IMG/VR virus record: IMGVR_UViG_3300031454_000001
Span: 7,546 to 71,545 of that record
Source: a virus
Strand: one strand, 5' to 3'
DNA: 64,000 nucleotides
The position numbers and the translations under genes are program-made. Below are positions 47,501-57,998 of this stretch, piece after piece. Every line of letters begins with the position of its first letter. Position 1 is the first letter of the stretch. The notes beneath the pieces are model-generated. The model was not told the DNA's origin, made no database searches, and saw only the letters and a program-made list of their open reading frames with translations.

Positions 47501-50500
47501 TTAATTGCTCGTCAGTGTATTTTCGTATATCACGGTTAGCGATGTCGTGGGCTTCGTTAGAAATAACACCACGGCCTTCAACTACTTTTACCGATACTGC
47601 TTTTTGCGTAGACAATATCTTTTCAGCAATATCATTGTAAACTTTAATATCAGTAACATCATCCGGCTTAATTTTTAGAAACGCTTTGACTGTTTCTTTA
47701 TTAGACGCAGACCTGTCAAGAGATTTGCCTTTTATAACTTTGGCTATTTTTGATTTTAGTGATGTAGCCTGGTTATAGTGTTTATCATATTCTACATCAT
47801 TAATAATTTTTGCTACGCGATCCATTGCTTTAAGTAATTGCAATGGGCTTTTCGCATTGTTGAGCGTCTTGGCTATGCTCGACACCATGTCTGCTTTGGT
47901 AGTACTGGAAAATACACCGCGATCTTCAGCGGCTTTCAGCATGTCACCTATCTTGGTTTTTATATCGGAAACATGAGTTTCAAATTCTTTTTGTGCTTTA
48001 GTGGCAACGGCAGAACCTTCACGCATACCTTTTTTAAACCCTTCCATCATTCCTTTGACGAAGCCTTCCGACTTGCCTTTGGCCATACCTTCCGTTTCGC
48101 CTTTCGCTAGGTTGCGGTACTTGTCTTTGATCTGGCGTTTGAGTGCCGACATCTCGGATTCAATAACCTTATCTTTAACAACAGTAGATGTTGACCTTTT
48201 TATGTTTTCTTTTGGTGCGCCAGTCTCTTCAATAGGTATAATTCCGGCGGACTTGAATAAATCCTTTACGTCAGCTTTAGTTTGTTTTAAATCAAATTCT
48301 TTACCTGTTTCCTCGTAATGCTTTTTAATTGCATCTACAGCGTGTGATATCGCTTTTGCGACTGTAGAACCGGCTTCAATAAGTTCGGCTGCCCCTTTAA
48401 GTGCGGTTGAGATAACCGCTTTAGGAAGTGCTAACAGGTCGGACTTAGCTACGCTGGTATCGCCTTCAATGAACTTTGCCCAACTACGTAATTTATCAGC
48501 AACTATTTTAGCATGATCTTTTTCAAGCGGTTGCTCAAAGTCTATTCCCGTTTTTGTTTCTTCCACGCTTGTTGTACCATTTTCTGGTAAAGCAGTTTGA
48601 TCACCTGATCCTGCCGCTCCGGTGACAACCTGCTCAGCGCCTCCGCTGTTTGTGGCTTGTTCTGTAATATTTGCTTGAGGTTCTTGAATTTTTCCATTTT
48701 CTAAATCGTTATGAATTTCGTTTACCCACTGGGCTGTTTCTTCATCGGGTACTGAGAAAGTTTCCGGTGTCAAAGATTGGTTTACTTCCGCTTCGGCTTT
48801 CACTAATTCTTCTGGCGTAGCTTCTGGAATTTCAAACTGATTTGAATAATCTACCTGTTTAGTGTCGGTACCTAACTCTTTAAATACTCTCGCTGTTTTA
48901 TCACCATTTACATACTGCTGCACTAATCGCTTATTGCCATCCAGCACTTTACCCTCACCATCAACAATAGCCGGTGTCCTTAATCCTTCAGGATCTTCTT
49001 TGCTTTTTTCAAATTCGTCAACCGATTTTTTAAATGCGGGTTCATTATCATACTTGTCCTGGAGATTAATTTCATCAACCTTATAGGTGTTGCCCTCTAC
49101 TTTTTTTTCAAGAGCACTACCGCTATTAGGCGTATTTTTTATTATGGTTTTTAATTCATCACCTGTAATTTCACTTCCAGGCTCAGGGATACCTAACGCT
49201 GCATCTTTGATATCATTCTTTAAAACCTCTCTATCCTTCTCCGCTTCTTTTCCGATGGTTTCTTTCAAGATTGGATTCTCATGAACGACTTTACTATTTT
49301 GTGTAATCTTTCCATCCTTATAAGACGACCATGCCATACGGGTAGCCTGATCCGGGCTATATCCCTGATCAGATAACTGAGTAACCTGGGTTGAAAATTT
49401 ACCGATATTATCTTTTATTAACTGTCCTTGTTCCGGTGTGTAGCTTCCTGCAGCAACCCCCTTGTCAATCGCGTGAGAAAATTCAGGTAGATTTTGAGAA
49501 GCATACAGTAGCGAAGACTTAACCTGGGCATCAGGGGTGTAATGCCGCAGCATGCCTGGCGCCATCATTAATGGAGTGGTAAGAACAGCCGTTAACAAGG
49601 TGCCTGCAACCTCATCTTTTATAGCCTTAAAAGAAAGATCATCATTAAAAACAGGTTGATCTTTCATTGCATCAACGGCGCTATGCACAGCATGATCAGC
49701 GGCGTTTACTCCAAGCAAAGTGGCCGATGTATGCCCGGTAGCTTTTAATAAGTCAACCGCTCCTTTTTTAACTGCCTGCTTAACGGTCATTCCTTCGGCA
49801 ATATCTTTAGCCGCTTCGGTAGCAAACTTCGCTTGCGCTTTACCTGCTAATTGCTCTGCGGGTAATCCCATAAAGATAGCGGACGTTATGCCAGCCGATA
49901 TGTTAGCGAAGGCATCAAGTTGCCCTCCTTTTAATCCGGCTGCTTTTCCTGTCTTACGGTAATCTTCTTCGGTACCTAAATAAGTTAATGCTAATAGCCC
50001 AGCCTTGCCACCACCTAACGCCTCTCCACCAAAAACATACCCGGCCATTGTTGTTACATTTTCAATGGTAGAAGGAATTATTTTAGAGGTATTTATTTTG
50101 CCATCGTTAATAAGATTACCCTGCAATTTTGTTGGTTCTGCAAAAAGATAAGCGTTCTTACCACCGCCTTTAGCTATTTCTTTATTATCATAGAAATTTA
50201 CAAGATCATCGGCCATGTTATTGTAATGCTCCTTATCATTACCGGGTATATAACCTTCCAGCCGTTTAACAGCGCCCATAGCGTTACCTAAAAACTTTCC
50301 GCCCCCTGTAGCCATTGGCTGAATAATATTATAATACATTTTACCGAAAGGTGTCTTATATGCTTCATCCGCTTTTTTCTGATTGTCTATTTCATTTTGA
50401 GAAGGTTGTTCAGGCGCGTCAATAACTGGTTGCTTGATAGGCTGCAAGTTTGCCGGTACACCGGTTTGCTTTGAAATACGGTCTTGCGCTTCTCCTATTT

Positions 50501-50870
50501 GAGCATTACGCATTATATTTTCACCGGATGCTAAAGCTTGCTGATCAGCAATTTTTTGAGGTTCATTTCTTATGTCAGTTTTTAATTTATCAAGGCTTTG
50601 CGCTGGCTGGTTAACGCTTGTGCTCTCACTGGCAAGTTTGGGTGAATCTATATTTGGTAGTACGCTTGGCTTTGATGGTGTTTGCTCTTTAGTTATAAAT
50701 TTTGAAGCATTAGGATACATTTCAAGGGCATCAGATTCAGATAATTCCCCCTTTGTTATGGCATAGTTATACTTATGGAGTGTAACTAAATCATCATCTT
50801 TTAAGTTATACTTCTTTTTAAGCTGTACATCCGGAACACCATTTTTTATATCTAGTATAGGATCAGGCAT
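44598..50870 (-). CDS. Giant internal virion / DNA-ejection protein with ParB-like domain
   Basis: 2090 aa; G/A-rich hydrophobic stretches; PAIVDGEGKVLDGNKRL motif; last of three ejection-type genes. Confidence 0.65.
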   Translation of the reverse strand: MPDPILDIKNGVPDVQLKKKYNLKDDDLVTLHKYNYAITKGELSESDALEMYPNASKFITKEQTPSKPSVLPNIDSPKLASESTSVNQPAQSLDKLKTDIRNEPQKIADQQALASGENIMRNAQIGEAQDRISKQTGVPANLQPIKQPVIDAPEQPSQNEIDNQKKADEAYKTPFGKMYYNIIQPMATGGGKFLGNAMGAVKRLEGYIPGNDKEHYNNMADDLVNFYDNKEIAKGGGKNAYLFAEPTKLQGNLINDGKINTSKIIPSTIENVTTMAGYVFGGEALGGGKAGLLALTYLGTEEDYRKTGKAAGLKGGQLDAFANISAGITSAIFMGLPAEQLAGKAQAKFATEAAKDIAEGMTVKQAVKKGAVDLLKATGHTSATLLGVNAADHAVHSAVDAMKDQPVFNDDLSFKAIKDEVAGTLLTAVLTTPLMMAPGMLRHYTPDAQVKSSLLYASQNLPEFSHAIDKGVAAGSYTPEQGQLIKDNIGKFSTQVTQLSDQGYSPDQATRMAWSSYKDGKITQNSKVVHENPILKETIGKEAEKDREVLKNDIKDAALGIPEPGSEITGDELKTIIKNTPNSGSALEKKVEGNTYKVDEINLQDKYDNEPAFKKSVDEFEKSKEDPEGLRTPAIVDGEGKVLDGNKRLVQQYVNGDKTARVFKELGTDTKQVDYSNQFEIPEATPEELVKAEAEVNQSLTPETFSVPDEETAQWVNEIHNDLENGKIQEPQANITEQATNSGGAEQVVTGAAGSGDQTALPENGTTSVEETKTGIDFEQPLEKDHAKIVADKLRSWAKFIEGDTSVAKSDLLALPKAVISTALKGAAELIEAGSTVAKAISHAVDAIKKHYEETGKEFDLKQTKADVKDLFKSAGIIPIEETGAPKENIKRSTSTVVKDKVIESEMSALKRQIKDKYRNLAKGETEGMAKGKSEGFVKGMMEGFKKGMREGSAVATKAQKEFETHVSDIKTKIGDMLKAAEDRGVFSSTTKADMVSSIAKTLNNAKSPLQLLKAMDRVAKIINDVEYDKHYNQATSLKSKIAKVIKGKSLDRSASNKETVKAFLKIKPDDVTDIKVYNDIAEKILSTQKAVSVKVVEGRGVISNEAHDIANRDIRKYTDEQLTHAEELAKTRTAENYQDLVDIGVIDPATMSLKEMQDVIDSVNSPTATPEEILALDNAKQAEKERAMASLIEMQQSALQEMHDSTKDLDILTPQENEIIKNILDLNPADLSLSQMVKTNDIINNIVVNGELYGAGDIAVIHDVIKDNAQMKIEIDKSGIDLSKFSNAWYDKILKGVASIHLVFDFIAKSSKLASRMQQLSGIHDIFNGHAKATVTQERTLKEYQNLKDKFGNKIDDPENRYRRGVYARVIQELGGSSENIKSEFDRVKGLIQHSYERLLRSDVDTEVQEGKLLEKVYKELLDGSENADQVKTSLQKIESNNIKLVDFWINKFNERADDVAASSEIYNNKIFERYNNYTATKAKAINGSYINAEGEDIFKATMLSKKLDASPSKTKMNRIKSSVLPANTVYDLDFDSVQGERFYDTNYDLETAPHIAKVRAFFSTPESEKLLGGTHNKKFVMESIKNAVLKQKNKQLQAPELERNAVKALNILQAKGARIALGSISQLPKQYISVASSTVANLGTDMGLYFQALRVSNKIKLFDQSSIAMRGDTKAGYNHDMDIASIDRSVLGNSFVRNSRQALSTMAKVAETAMSALVKSDVSVARTSWLSYYMQDLKKQGVDINKIDWNKAHEDYNKEAGAYAEQMVSRSQNPNNNTELGSLYRDTKGGSMILKNMILPFSSFAVNQRVRMTNDLQKLIKGGNKSEAARSLAATFLEQGIFNAIKVYGLGALTTSGARGLAAAFGFWDDQDEKKAKAYEDINIKIGDMDISTSDKHKKFVANTISDFYFSGMGGGTQQVMQKGMNWLYSNMATETYPNGGKANTHPKAFYTFDPSKDDQTDFSNWGMYGILPTQIQSFKKHASEAVLGETEKVIKGGMEGVKQTETVKITDNERALFVANFLINAAGIVGVPLAGDAEVQNANRKLQKIMEKKMQSRYGGERDLKIFSKGKGDKSPTSSSSLPDFSK

Positions 50871-52646
50871 TTATAAATTTTCTTTAAGATAATCAGCTAA
50901 TTCTTCTTGAGTTTTAAAGGTTACTTTCTTTTTTTTGCCCGTACCGTCTTTTACTTCAATATAAAATGGGTCCATACCAAGCATTTGTTTAGCGCCGCCT
51001 CTGGTATCAATATTTTCAATGGTACTTCCGTTCTTTAATAACTTGCCCTTAATTTCTTCAATGTGGGATATGTCACCGCTATCTTTAAAATCAGTCACCT
51101 TTTGCAACACTTCTTTTTTCTTTTTGAATTGTGCCACTTCCTGAGCCGCCTGCAGGGTTGCTACATTTTTTGTATCCTGCCTACCTGTATAATTACCTGA
51201 CTGATCCATATAGTTATTAAGTATCTTATCAGCCTTATCATTAGTTACGCCGTTATAATTAGCGACATTCTTTATGAACCGGCGCACATCTTTGCCTTGG
51301 TAAGTTTTCTCACCTCCATCAGTAACTACATGCAGGCTTTTTGAAACCGGGTCAACGAAAACACCCGTAGCGAATACGGGTTTATGATCTTTGTCATAAC
51401 CAGTTTTCATACCGCCGATACTGCCTGTTAGATCATAATACTGCTTACCATCTATTTCAGTAGTACTAGCACCTTCAAGCGCCCCCTGATCTCCACCTAA
51501 TCCTTTCATTATAACGGACGGATCAAGTCCATCTAACTTCGCATTTTCTTTCAAAAGTTTAGCAGTATCAGACATACCTTGCCGGTAAAGGGGAACACCT
51601 AACTGCTGTTTGTCAATAAGGTTATTATTCGTTTGCTCAAAGTCAGGCTTATAGGAATGAACGCCATTGGAGTTTAAGTTATCGTATAGCAACTTTCTTT
51701 TTACTAATTCTCCCTGTTCTGATTTAGAATCTATAGGCTGTTTGCCCGCTTTAACCAACTGCTGATTGAAGTCTTTAAACATTTTGTGTAAGACAATGGA
51801 AGATCCCGGGTCGCTATTATAAGAATCATACACCCCTTTATCTATAACTTTCATAGGTGTACCATCAGGGTTTTTTACACCCGGTATAACCTCACCCCTC
51901 AACTGCACTCCGGTTGCGAACGTTGGGTTTTTAGGGTCGCCAAATACCGCTTCAGCATATCCGGGAACTTTCCCGGTATAACTTTCAAGCCTGGTTACAC
52001 CTTTGTATTCGCTTTTCCTTTTTCCTCCAATATCAGCCGACTGGTATCCTTTGGTAAAATTCCTTAAAGGCAAATCCCCGTGGGCAATTAACTCCGGATG
52101 CTGGTCTATTGCTTCAGACAGGTAGTCTTTATTAAAATCAATCTTGCTTACATCCTTTGGTTTTCTGGCACCAGTGTTAGGATCTACATCATAGATCATA
52201 TTGGTTAGTGCCAGTTGCTTCATGGCATTCGCGTCAAGGCCCGGGTACTTTTCAAATTCTTTGGCCTGTGCATCAATGGTAGCTCTTGCGTTTTTAATCC
52301 CTAATGCCGAACCTCCGATATCATTCATATCTTTTTTAATCATAAACTGCAGGTCACCCATACTCATTGATGGGTTCTTTCGTATCGTATCCGTAGCACG
52401 TGTTTTTGCATCGATTAACTGCGAATGAAAGTAAGGATCAAGAGCAGTGCCCGTCATATAGTTTTTGTCCTCGAACTGTGTGCCTACATACTTTGAAAGC
52501 ATGTCTTGTCTTGCCAGCTGCTCTTTCTCCAGTCTTGCATCTTCGAGTTTTTTATGCTCGTTTTGAGCATAGAGATGATTAATAAACCCGTGGAGTTCCT
52601 GGTTTACCGGTATTGTTACCGCCTGGTCTATATTATTGTAAGCCAT
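50871..52646 (-). CDS. Putative internal virion / ejection protein
   Basis: 591 aa between pilot-like and giant protein genes. Confidence 0.55.
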   Translation of the reverse strand: MAYNNIDQAVTIPVNQELHGFINHLYAQNEHKKLEDARLEKEQLARQDMLSKYVGTQFEDKNYMTGTALDPYFHSQLIDAKTRATDTIRKNPSMSMGDLQFMIKKDMNDIGGSALGIKNARATIDAQAKEFEKYPGLDANAMKQLALTNMIYDVDPNTGARKPKDVSKIDFNKDYLSEAIDQHPELIAHGDLPLRNFTKGYQSADIGGKRKSEYKGVTRLESYTGKVPGYAEAVFGDPKNPTFATGVQLRGEVIPGVKNPDGTPMKVIDKGVYDSYNSDPGSSIVLHKMFKDFNQQLVKAGKQPIDSKSEQGELVKRKLLYDNLNSNGVHSYKPDFEQTNNNLIDKQQLGVPLYRQGMSDTAKLLKENAKLDGLDPSVIMKGLGGDQGALEGASTTEIDGKQYYDLTGSIGGMKTGYDKDHKPVFATGVFVDPVSKSLHVVTDGGEKTYQGKDVRRFIKNVANYNGVTNDKADKILNNYMDQSGNYTGRQDTKNVATLQAAQEVAQFKKKKEVLQKVTDFKDSGDISHIEEIKGKLLKNGSTIENIDTRGGAKQMLGMDPFYIEVKDGTGKKKKVTFKTQEELADYLKENL

Positions 52647-52649
52647 GAT

Positions 52650-52988
52650 TTATAATTTAACCAAATACTTTTTATCTAACCCGGCCATTTTAATAAGTTG
52701 ATTACAAGCTGACATTGACCTAAAATAATATTCTAACTTGGTTTCATTACCTGAAAAATATTTTAAGTAAATTTTCTCTGAATTACACAAATCCGGTCTA
52801 TCATCATACACACTGCAGGTATTATCATCATTTAATTTCTCGCAAGAACCATCTTCCTTTGTATTAAAAGGAAAACTAATATATTCATCATAGAAATTGT
52901 CGCCTGGCTGTACCAGTTCTTTAGCCTCCATAATACCTTTGACCATTCTGCAGCACTGGCCACAACCTGTACAGGGATATTCTGTCAT
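52650..52988 (-). CDS. YkgJ-family cysteine-cluster (Zn/Fe-chelating) protein
   Basis: CTGCGQCC...C..L...CSVYDDRPDLC. Confidence 0.85.
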   Translation of the reverse strand: MTEYPCTGCGQCCRMVKGIMEAKELVQPGDNFYDEYISFPFNTKEDGSCEKLNDDNTCSVYDDRPDLCNSEKIYLKYFSGNETKLEYYFRSMSACNQLIKMAGLDKKYLVKL

Positions 52989-52989
52989 T

Positions 52990-53847
52990 TTAATACATCC
53001 ATTTACCGGTTAAATAATTAAATTGCCCTCTCCGGGCAGGGTTCCACGCACCTGGATATGGGTCATGTGTTTGCCAATTGGTAGGCTGTTGAGGCATCAT
53101 TATATTTCCTGTGTCAGCAGCGTTATAATAATTCGGCATTCCAGTGGTCATTCTACTATTTGGTGATCTGAATTTGTAATTACCTGTAGGATAAGATGAA
53201 CCTCCTGCCTGGCCATTACTTCCCATAGCGGATGTTCCGGCGATGGCCGCTGACGTTAAGTCGCTCCACATCCCGGCATTATTATTACTGGCAGCTTGTG
53301 AAAGTTGTGATTTAGCCGCCACATCACTACCGTACTTTCGTACCATATCGTTATACTGCTTGTTGCCCTCCTCAACCATTCCCTGGTTAGCACTATATAC
53401 AGCGTTCGCCCTATTATTTCTATCCTGGGATTCCTGGATAGCCAGGTTGCCCAAAGATTCATTAGTTTGCCCTTGCGCCAGTTGGCTAAGCGACAATGCC
53501 TGGGAACTATTGGTAGCATTTTTATTGATTGCCCCAATAGCGGTTCCTTGCGAACCTTCGATATTTCTTTGTAGGTCGGCAGCGCCTGCCATACGTCCGT
53601 TATATAATGATTGAGCTAATCCAAGATTATCAGCTGCATAAGGCGATGGCGTATAGGTGGGATCATTGGGGTTGATTTGCCTTGCCAGCTTATTTTGCTT
53701 ATGAGCTTTAACGCCTTTCGCTATTGCCCCGGCTAAAGCGATGGCACCATAAATAATTGCCGGTGCGATATAAAGTCTGTCTTTTTTAATACCAAACTTT
53801 AGCAGCAAAAAATAACCAACAATTTCCAGTAAAAATAATTGTCCCAT
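52990..53847 (-). CDS. Putative DNA pilot / ejection protein
   Basis: Hydrophobic GAIALAGAIA N-terminus; A/Q/N/G-rich body. Confidence 0.55.
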   Translation of the reverse strand: MGQLFLLEIVGYFLLLKFGIKKDRLYIAPAIIYGAIALAGAIAKGVKAHKQNKLARQINPNDPTYTPSPYAADNLGLAQSLYNGRMAGAADLQRNIEGSQGTAIGAINKNATNSSQALSLSQLAQGQTNESLGNLAIQESQDRNNRANAVYSANQGMVEEGNKQYNDMVRKYGSDVAAKSQLSQAASNNNAGMWSDLTSAAIAGTSAMGSNGQAGGSSYPTGNYKFRSPNSRMTTGMPNYYNAADTGNIMMPQQPTNWQTHDPYPGAWNPARRGQFNYLTGKWMY

Positions 53848-53852
53848 AACTT

Positions 53853-56800
53853 TTAAGTTGTATGTCCTTCAGCAATATGGCACCCTATATCAACTGCTTT
53901 CATTTGCAATTTTTTATTTGTCGTTGCAAATTCAAGTTGAATCATTAAGGCGTCACCACGCATTTTATCTCCATGATATAATTTAAAATCGGCATCGCCT
54001 TGCGTATTCGGCGACAACCTGTCTCTTAATATATTTGCATAATACTTCCCTTCTTTAAAAATAAAATCAGTAGCAACCAAATCAGTTATTTGCTCGTATG
54101 GACTTACTGAGTAAAAAATACAATGTACCGGAGCCATATTAGCTTCAACAATAATATTTGAAAACACTTTAACTTTAAATGGATTGCTGTTTGCAACAAA
54201 CATCAGTTTTGTAGTGTACTGCACACCATAAAAATTATTATCGGGAAGTGAGGTATCATTATGCTTATAAAATAGTCCGTTGACAGAGGAAAACATATTT
54301 AATCCCGCATATTCAAACAGATCTGCCACATAAGGGTATGTTGATAGAAACTTATCACGCCTTAATCCAAAGCCAAATGTTTTAGCCCTGCCATCGTACA
54401 TATTAAACTCATTTAAGTCTAATAGTGTAGGAAGTACTGGCATAAAATTATTAACCTCTACCTGGGGGACTGACAATAAGTATTCTTCCGCCACCGGATC
54501 AATGCCCCCCACAATAGGTTTGTTATTACCTGATGATAAGTATTTCTTAGAAAATCTTTTAAAATATTTAGTAAACTTATAATTTGTAACCGGGAATAGT
54601 CCATTGCTTGCATATTGAACGATAGCACCCCTGTTTACATCAAACCAATATACATTTCCCATATACTCCTGCACACTTTCCGCATGCTGCGTACCAAAAC
54701 CACCTTTTAGTACGTTGATGGTACCGATAACTTTACCTGAAGTGGTAGTCAAGGTTTGGTTAGCATTATCCCTCACTTGCGTTTCTCCAATATAAACTGA
54801 ACAAGTTTGGTTCTTTGAGATTGACAGCATAACAGAGCCTTCATCTTCAACTTTTGAGGCCAGTACCAATTTATTTATTTCACCGCACTCAACAGGCACA
54901 TCTTCAATATCCAGAACATCAAAAGATGATAACCCGTTTGTACGGGTTCCGGGTATCAATATATTTGAAAATGCTATGCTCGTCTCCCGTCTTTGCTGCC
55001 CTATCCTATCAACGATATTGAACCATCCAATATCGTAGTACCAGTTTTTCCAATACCTGTCATTTGGCGACATCGCTTCAGCAACATAATTTCCTATGTT
55101 GCTATCTGTCCGGTTTACGCCATAAATATCTCCATTGATGGTGCCACTTAAAACAGAATATGTCCGGGCGTTGGTAGTAGGATTTGTTATGGCATACCCT
55201 TCACCTATTTCATAATAGCCTTCATTGACGTTTTCTTTATAGGGTGTATAGATTTCAAAAAATAGCGGGGTGGTAATACTTAAATTTCCTAAATCGCTTA
55301 AGCTTAATATTACCCAATCGCTATACTGGCCAATAACACTTAAAGTTACGGGTGTGGCAAAACTGCCTGTATATACTGTAACAAAGTCACCTTCGGAAAA
55401 ACTATAACCAATCCCTGAATTTATAAGCCTTGCTATCTTTATTCCAATACCGTAATGAGAATTAGCATAAGTTGAATTAGTAAAAACAAAGCTGCCGGTA
55501 GCATCTTTTGTTACATAAGCCGCATTTGAAGCCGTACCTTGAATAAAAGATAAGTAATTTAAATTTCTACTTCTTACGATATGATAGTAATACGCCCAAT
55601 CCGGAATCTCGGCAACTGAGTTTGAATTACTTAATGCCCATTGTAATAAATAATTATATGGGTTTCCACCAGCCGGATTAGCCGGTACCGATATTTTTAA
55701 AATATCATTAGTAAGAACGCCACATTTTCTTCTGTACTGATCATAAAAAACAATTCCTGTTCTATAAGAACTGTTTCCTTTAAACGGCCTGATACCACTG
55801 CTGCTGGTTGACCTGGAAAAAACATTTATTACTGTAAATAAACTGGTAACATCCGAAACCGGAAAAGAATTGTAAGAATTAAATACAGGCTCCCTGGCCG
55901 CAATTATTAAAGCCAGTTCAGCCAGTGTATCTACCCTGGTAGTAATATCATTGATATAAAGAATACCGGGAGGTACATAAGCAGCAGGGGCATGCAGGGT
56001 TGTATAACTAATATTATTAACCCCCACATAAGCCGCAAAAAGCAGGTCAACGGATTTAACGTAACCATATCTTTTAACAGTACCTCCAAAATCAATGAAA
56101 ATTCCATAAGCGAAATTCTGGTAAGCACCCGGATTGCCTGTTCTTAAACTCGTTATCTTAAAATAATACCAGTTGCCAAGCTCGCTCCCTGCTGACGCAA
56201 AAGATTTTAGTGTTACTGACAAACTAGTTGTGGAAGGAGTATTGTAACCAAAAAGATTATTTCCCAGAAAGAGCCTGTTCTTTGCTACCGTCATAGCCTT
56301 TGATTTTAAAGGTATACTCTCAAAGGGTTTGTTTAATAAAGCCTCATCTATTGGTGTACCGGTACCGTCATTTAAAAAGTAATAAGTAAAGAAACCGGTT
56401 GTAAATACATTAAGATCCCGAACCTTGTCCCATGTTTTTACAATGAAGGCTTTACCGAAGTTTCCGAACCTCACAATCAATTCAATAAATGAAACGTCTT
56501 GCTCTATATATTCTGAAAAGAGTATTTCTATAGCGTTCAACGTGGTGGATTCCCCTATATTACCGTAAGAAACAAGTTTACTCCACGGCCCCAGCACACT
56601 GTATTCATTATCGCGGTATATCAGCCTTACGCAAAATTGAAAAGCGTTATCTGCTATAAAGTTTTGTGTAAATGAAGCTATTGAAGGAATATCTATTGAT
56701 TGAACTTTTCTTACTGATAATACACTATTAGAAGGTTTCTTTATTAAAGAGAGTTGCGTTTGGTTCATGCCTATGCCATAACTTGACTCAGAAGTGTTAT

Positions 56801-57278
56801 AGTTACCGTGATTATACCTTATACCAGCATCAATATTTATTCTTCTTGGTTCATTTAAATTATCTGTCCAATACAAAATGCCGTTTACTACAAACATTTC
56901 ATTTATTCGGAACGAGGCTGACAAGTTAAGGCCCCCCGCTATTTGACCTGGTCTTATTACCGTATAGGTTACACCGGTATTTACATCATAACAAAACAAA
57001 GTTTCTTCACTATAATTATTTTGAAAAAAATATAGTATTCTGTTTTTTGCCTGATCCCATGTGGACCCTATGTCAATACCAGGATTCAGTATCGGCACAA
57101 CATAATTTACATCAACAAGTTTTATGGCAGCAACAGATTCATTATTTCCAACATCACCGTTTTCAGTAGTACCAAACCGGTGATTTACCGCATTGATCAT
57201 CTCTGATGGCCCTACAATAAAGCTGGCATCATCGCAATTAATCCCCTCACTTAGATATTTTTTTTCCTGTTGGAACAT
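53853..57278 (-). CDS. Tail stabilisation / nozzle protein (P22 gp10 / crAss-like)
   Basis: 1141 aa beta-rich; LYWTDNLNEPRRINI, NRLFLGN, YRTGIVFYDQY and FGTQH motifs. Confidence 0.72.
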   Translation of the reverse strand: MFQQEKKYLSEGINCDDASFIVGPSEMINAVNHRFGTTENGDVGNNESVAAIKLVDVNYVVPILNPGIDIGSTWDQAKNRILYFFQNNYSEETLFCYDVNTGVTYTVIRPGQIAGGLNLSASFRINEMFVVNGILYWTDNLNEPRRINIDAGIRYNHGNYNTSESSYGIGMNQTQLSLIKKPSNSVLSVRKVQSIDIPSIASFTQNFIADNAFQFCVRLIYRDNEYSVLGPWSKLVSYGNIGESTTLNAIEILFSEYIEQDVSFIELIVRFGNFGKAFIVKTWDKVRDLNVFTTGFFTYYFLNDGTGTPIDEALLNKPFESIPLKSKAMTVAKNRLFLGNNLFGYNTPSTTSLSVTLKSFASAGSELGNWYYFKITSLRTGNPGAYQNFAYGIFIDFGGTVKRYGYVKSVDLLFAAYVGVNNISYTTLHAPAAYVPPGILYINDITTRVDTLAELALIIAAREPVFNSYNSFPVSDVTSLFTVINVFSRSTSSSGIRPFKGNSSYRTGIVFYDQYRRKCGVLTNDILKISVPANPAGGNPYNYLLQWALSNSNSVAEIPDWAYYYHIVRSRNLNYLSFIQGTASNAAYVTKDATGSFVFTNSTYANSHYGIGIKIARLINSGIGYSFSEGDFVTVYTGSFATPVTLSVIGQYSDWVILSLSDLGNLSITTPLFFEIYTPYKENVNEGYYEIGEGYAITNPTTNARTYSVLSGTINGDIYGVNRTDSNIGNYVAEAMSPNDRYWKNWYYDIGWFNIVDRIGQQRRETSIAFSNILIPGTRTNGLSSFDVLDIEDVPVECGEINKLVLASKVEDEGSVMLSISKNQTCSVYIGETQVRDNANQTLTTTSGKVIGTINVLKGGFGTQHAESVQEYMGNVYWFDVNRGAIVQYASNGLFPVTNYKFTKYFKRFSKKYLSSGNNKPIVGGIDPVAEEYLLSVPQVEVNNFMPVLPTLLDLNEFNMYDGRAKTFGFGLRRDKFLSTYPYVADLFEYAGLNMFSSVNGLFYKHNDTSLPDNNFYGVQYTTKLMFVANSNPFKVKVFSNIIVEANMAPVHCIFYSVSPYEQITDLVATDFIFKEGKYYANILRDRLSPNTQGDADFKLYHGDKMRGDALMIQLEFATTNKKLQMKAVDIGCHIAEGHTT

Positions 57279-57998
57279 TTATTTTTGTTTACCGTAATAC
57301 CGCGATATAACCGCTTTCACATTATCTGGTGTCAGATCGCTTTTTCTTCCTCGTAGTATTCTGTATTGCCTGTCATACTCCGCTTTCTCATTATTAGCTT
57401 CCCCTGCACCAAATGTTCTGTTCTTAGCCTTCAACTGCCAGAACACGTAAGCCTCTATGCATGCCTGCGCGTAAGGATGCACCTTTATGGCATTATCTAT
57501 CTCACTGCCGTCCGTTATATAGTCCAGGATAAGAAAGCCAAAATTTCCATACTGGGATAGCTGTATTTCACCGCGCTCCTGTATAATTTCAAAACCGCTG
57601 TTGCGAACACTATATGAGTAATCAGGATAAGCCCCATTTGGATATACCCATTTCCCCCACTCAGTTCCATAAGCCCACTGGTTAGTTGGATACAAAACTT
57701 TTTGACCTGTCTCATCAATATTTACTAAGCGGTTAAAATTTATAACCCCACCGCTGTTATGAATATTTTGCCCTGAAGGAGTTCCAATCCTTATGTAGTC
57801 TATATAATCACATGGTAGTTCAATGGCGCCATAGCTATTAGCTTCAAGTTTTTTACTCTTAATATTTCCAAGTACATCAAACTGCAGTTCACGCAGGCAG
57901 TCGGACGAGAACTTCAGCACCTGCATATAATAATGAACACTTTTTCCTGATTGAATCAGGATCGAATGAACGATTTCATCCAGGGTGCGGTAAGTCAT
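57279..57998 (-). CDS. Tail ring / tubular protein
   Basis: 239 aa; ELPCDYIDY motif; directly upstream of the stabiliser. Confidence 0.6.
   Translation of the reverse strand: MTYRTLDEIVHSILIQSGKSVHYYMQVLKFSSDCLRELQFDVLGNIKSKKLEANSYGAIELPCDYIDYIRIGTPSGQNIHNSGGVINFNRLVNIDETGQKVLYPTNQWAYGTEWGKWVYPNGAYPDYSYSVRNSGFEIIQERGEIQLSQYGNFGFLILDYITDGSEIDNAIKVHPYAQACIEAYVFWQLKAKNRTFGAGEANNEKAEYDRQYRILRGRKSDLTPDNVKAVISRYYGKQK

Noticed and set aside
44598-52646. Virion RNA polymerase as in Crassvirales
   Set aside because: No convincing DxDxD catalytic motif in context (only YDLDFDS); needs HHpred to exclude fully
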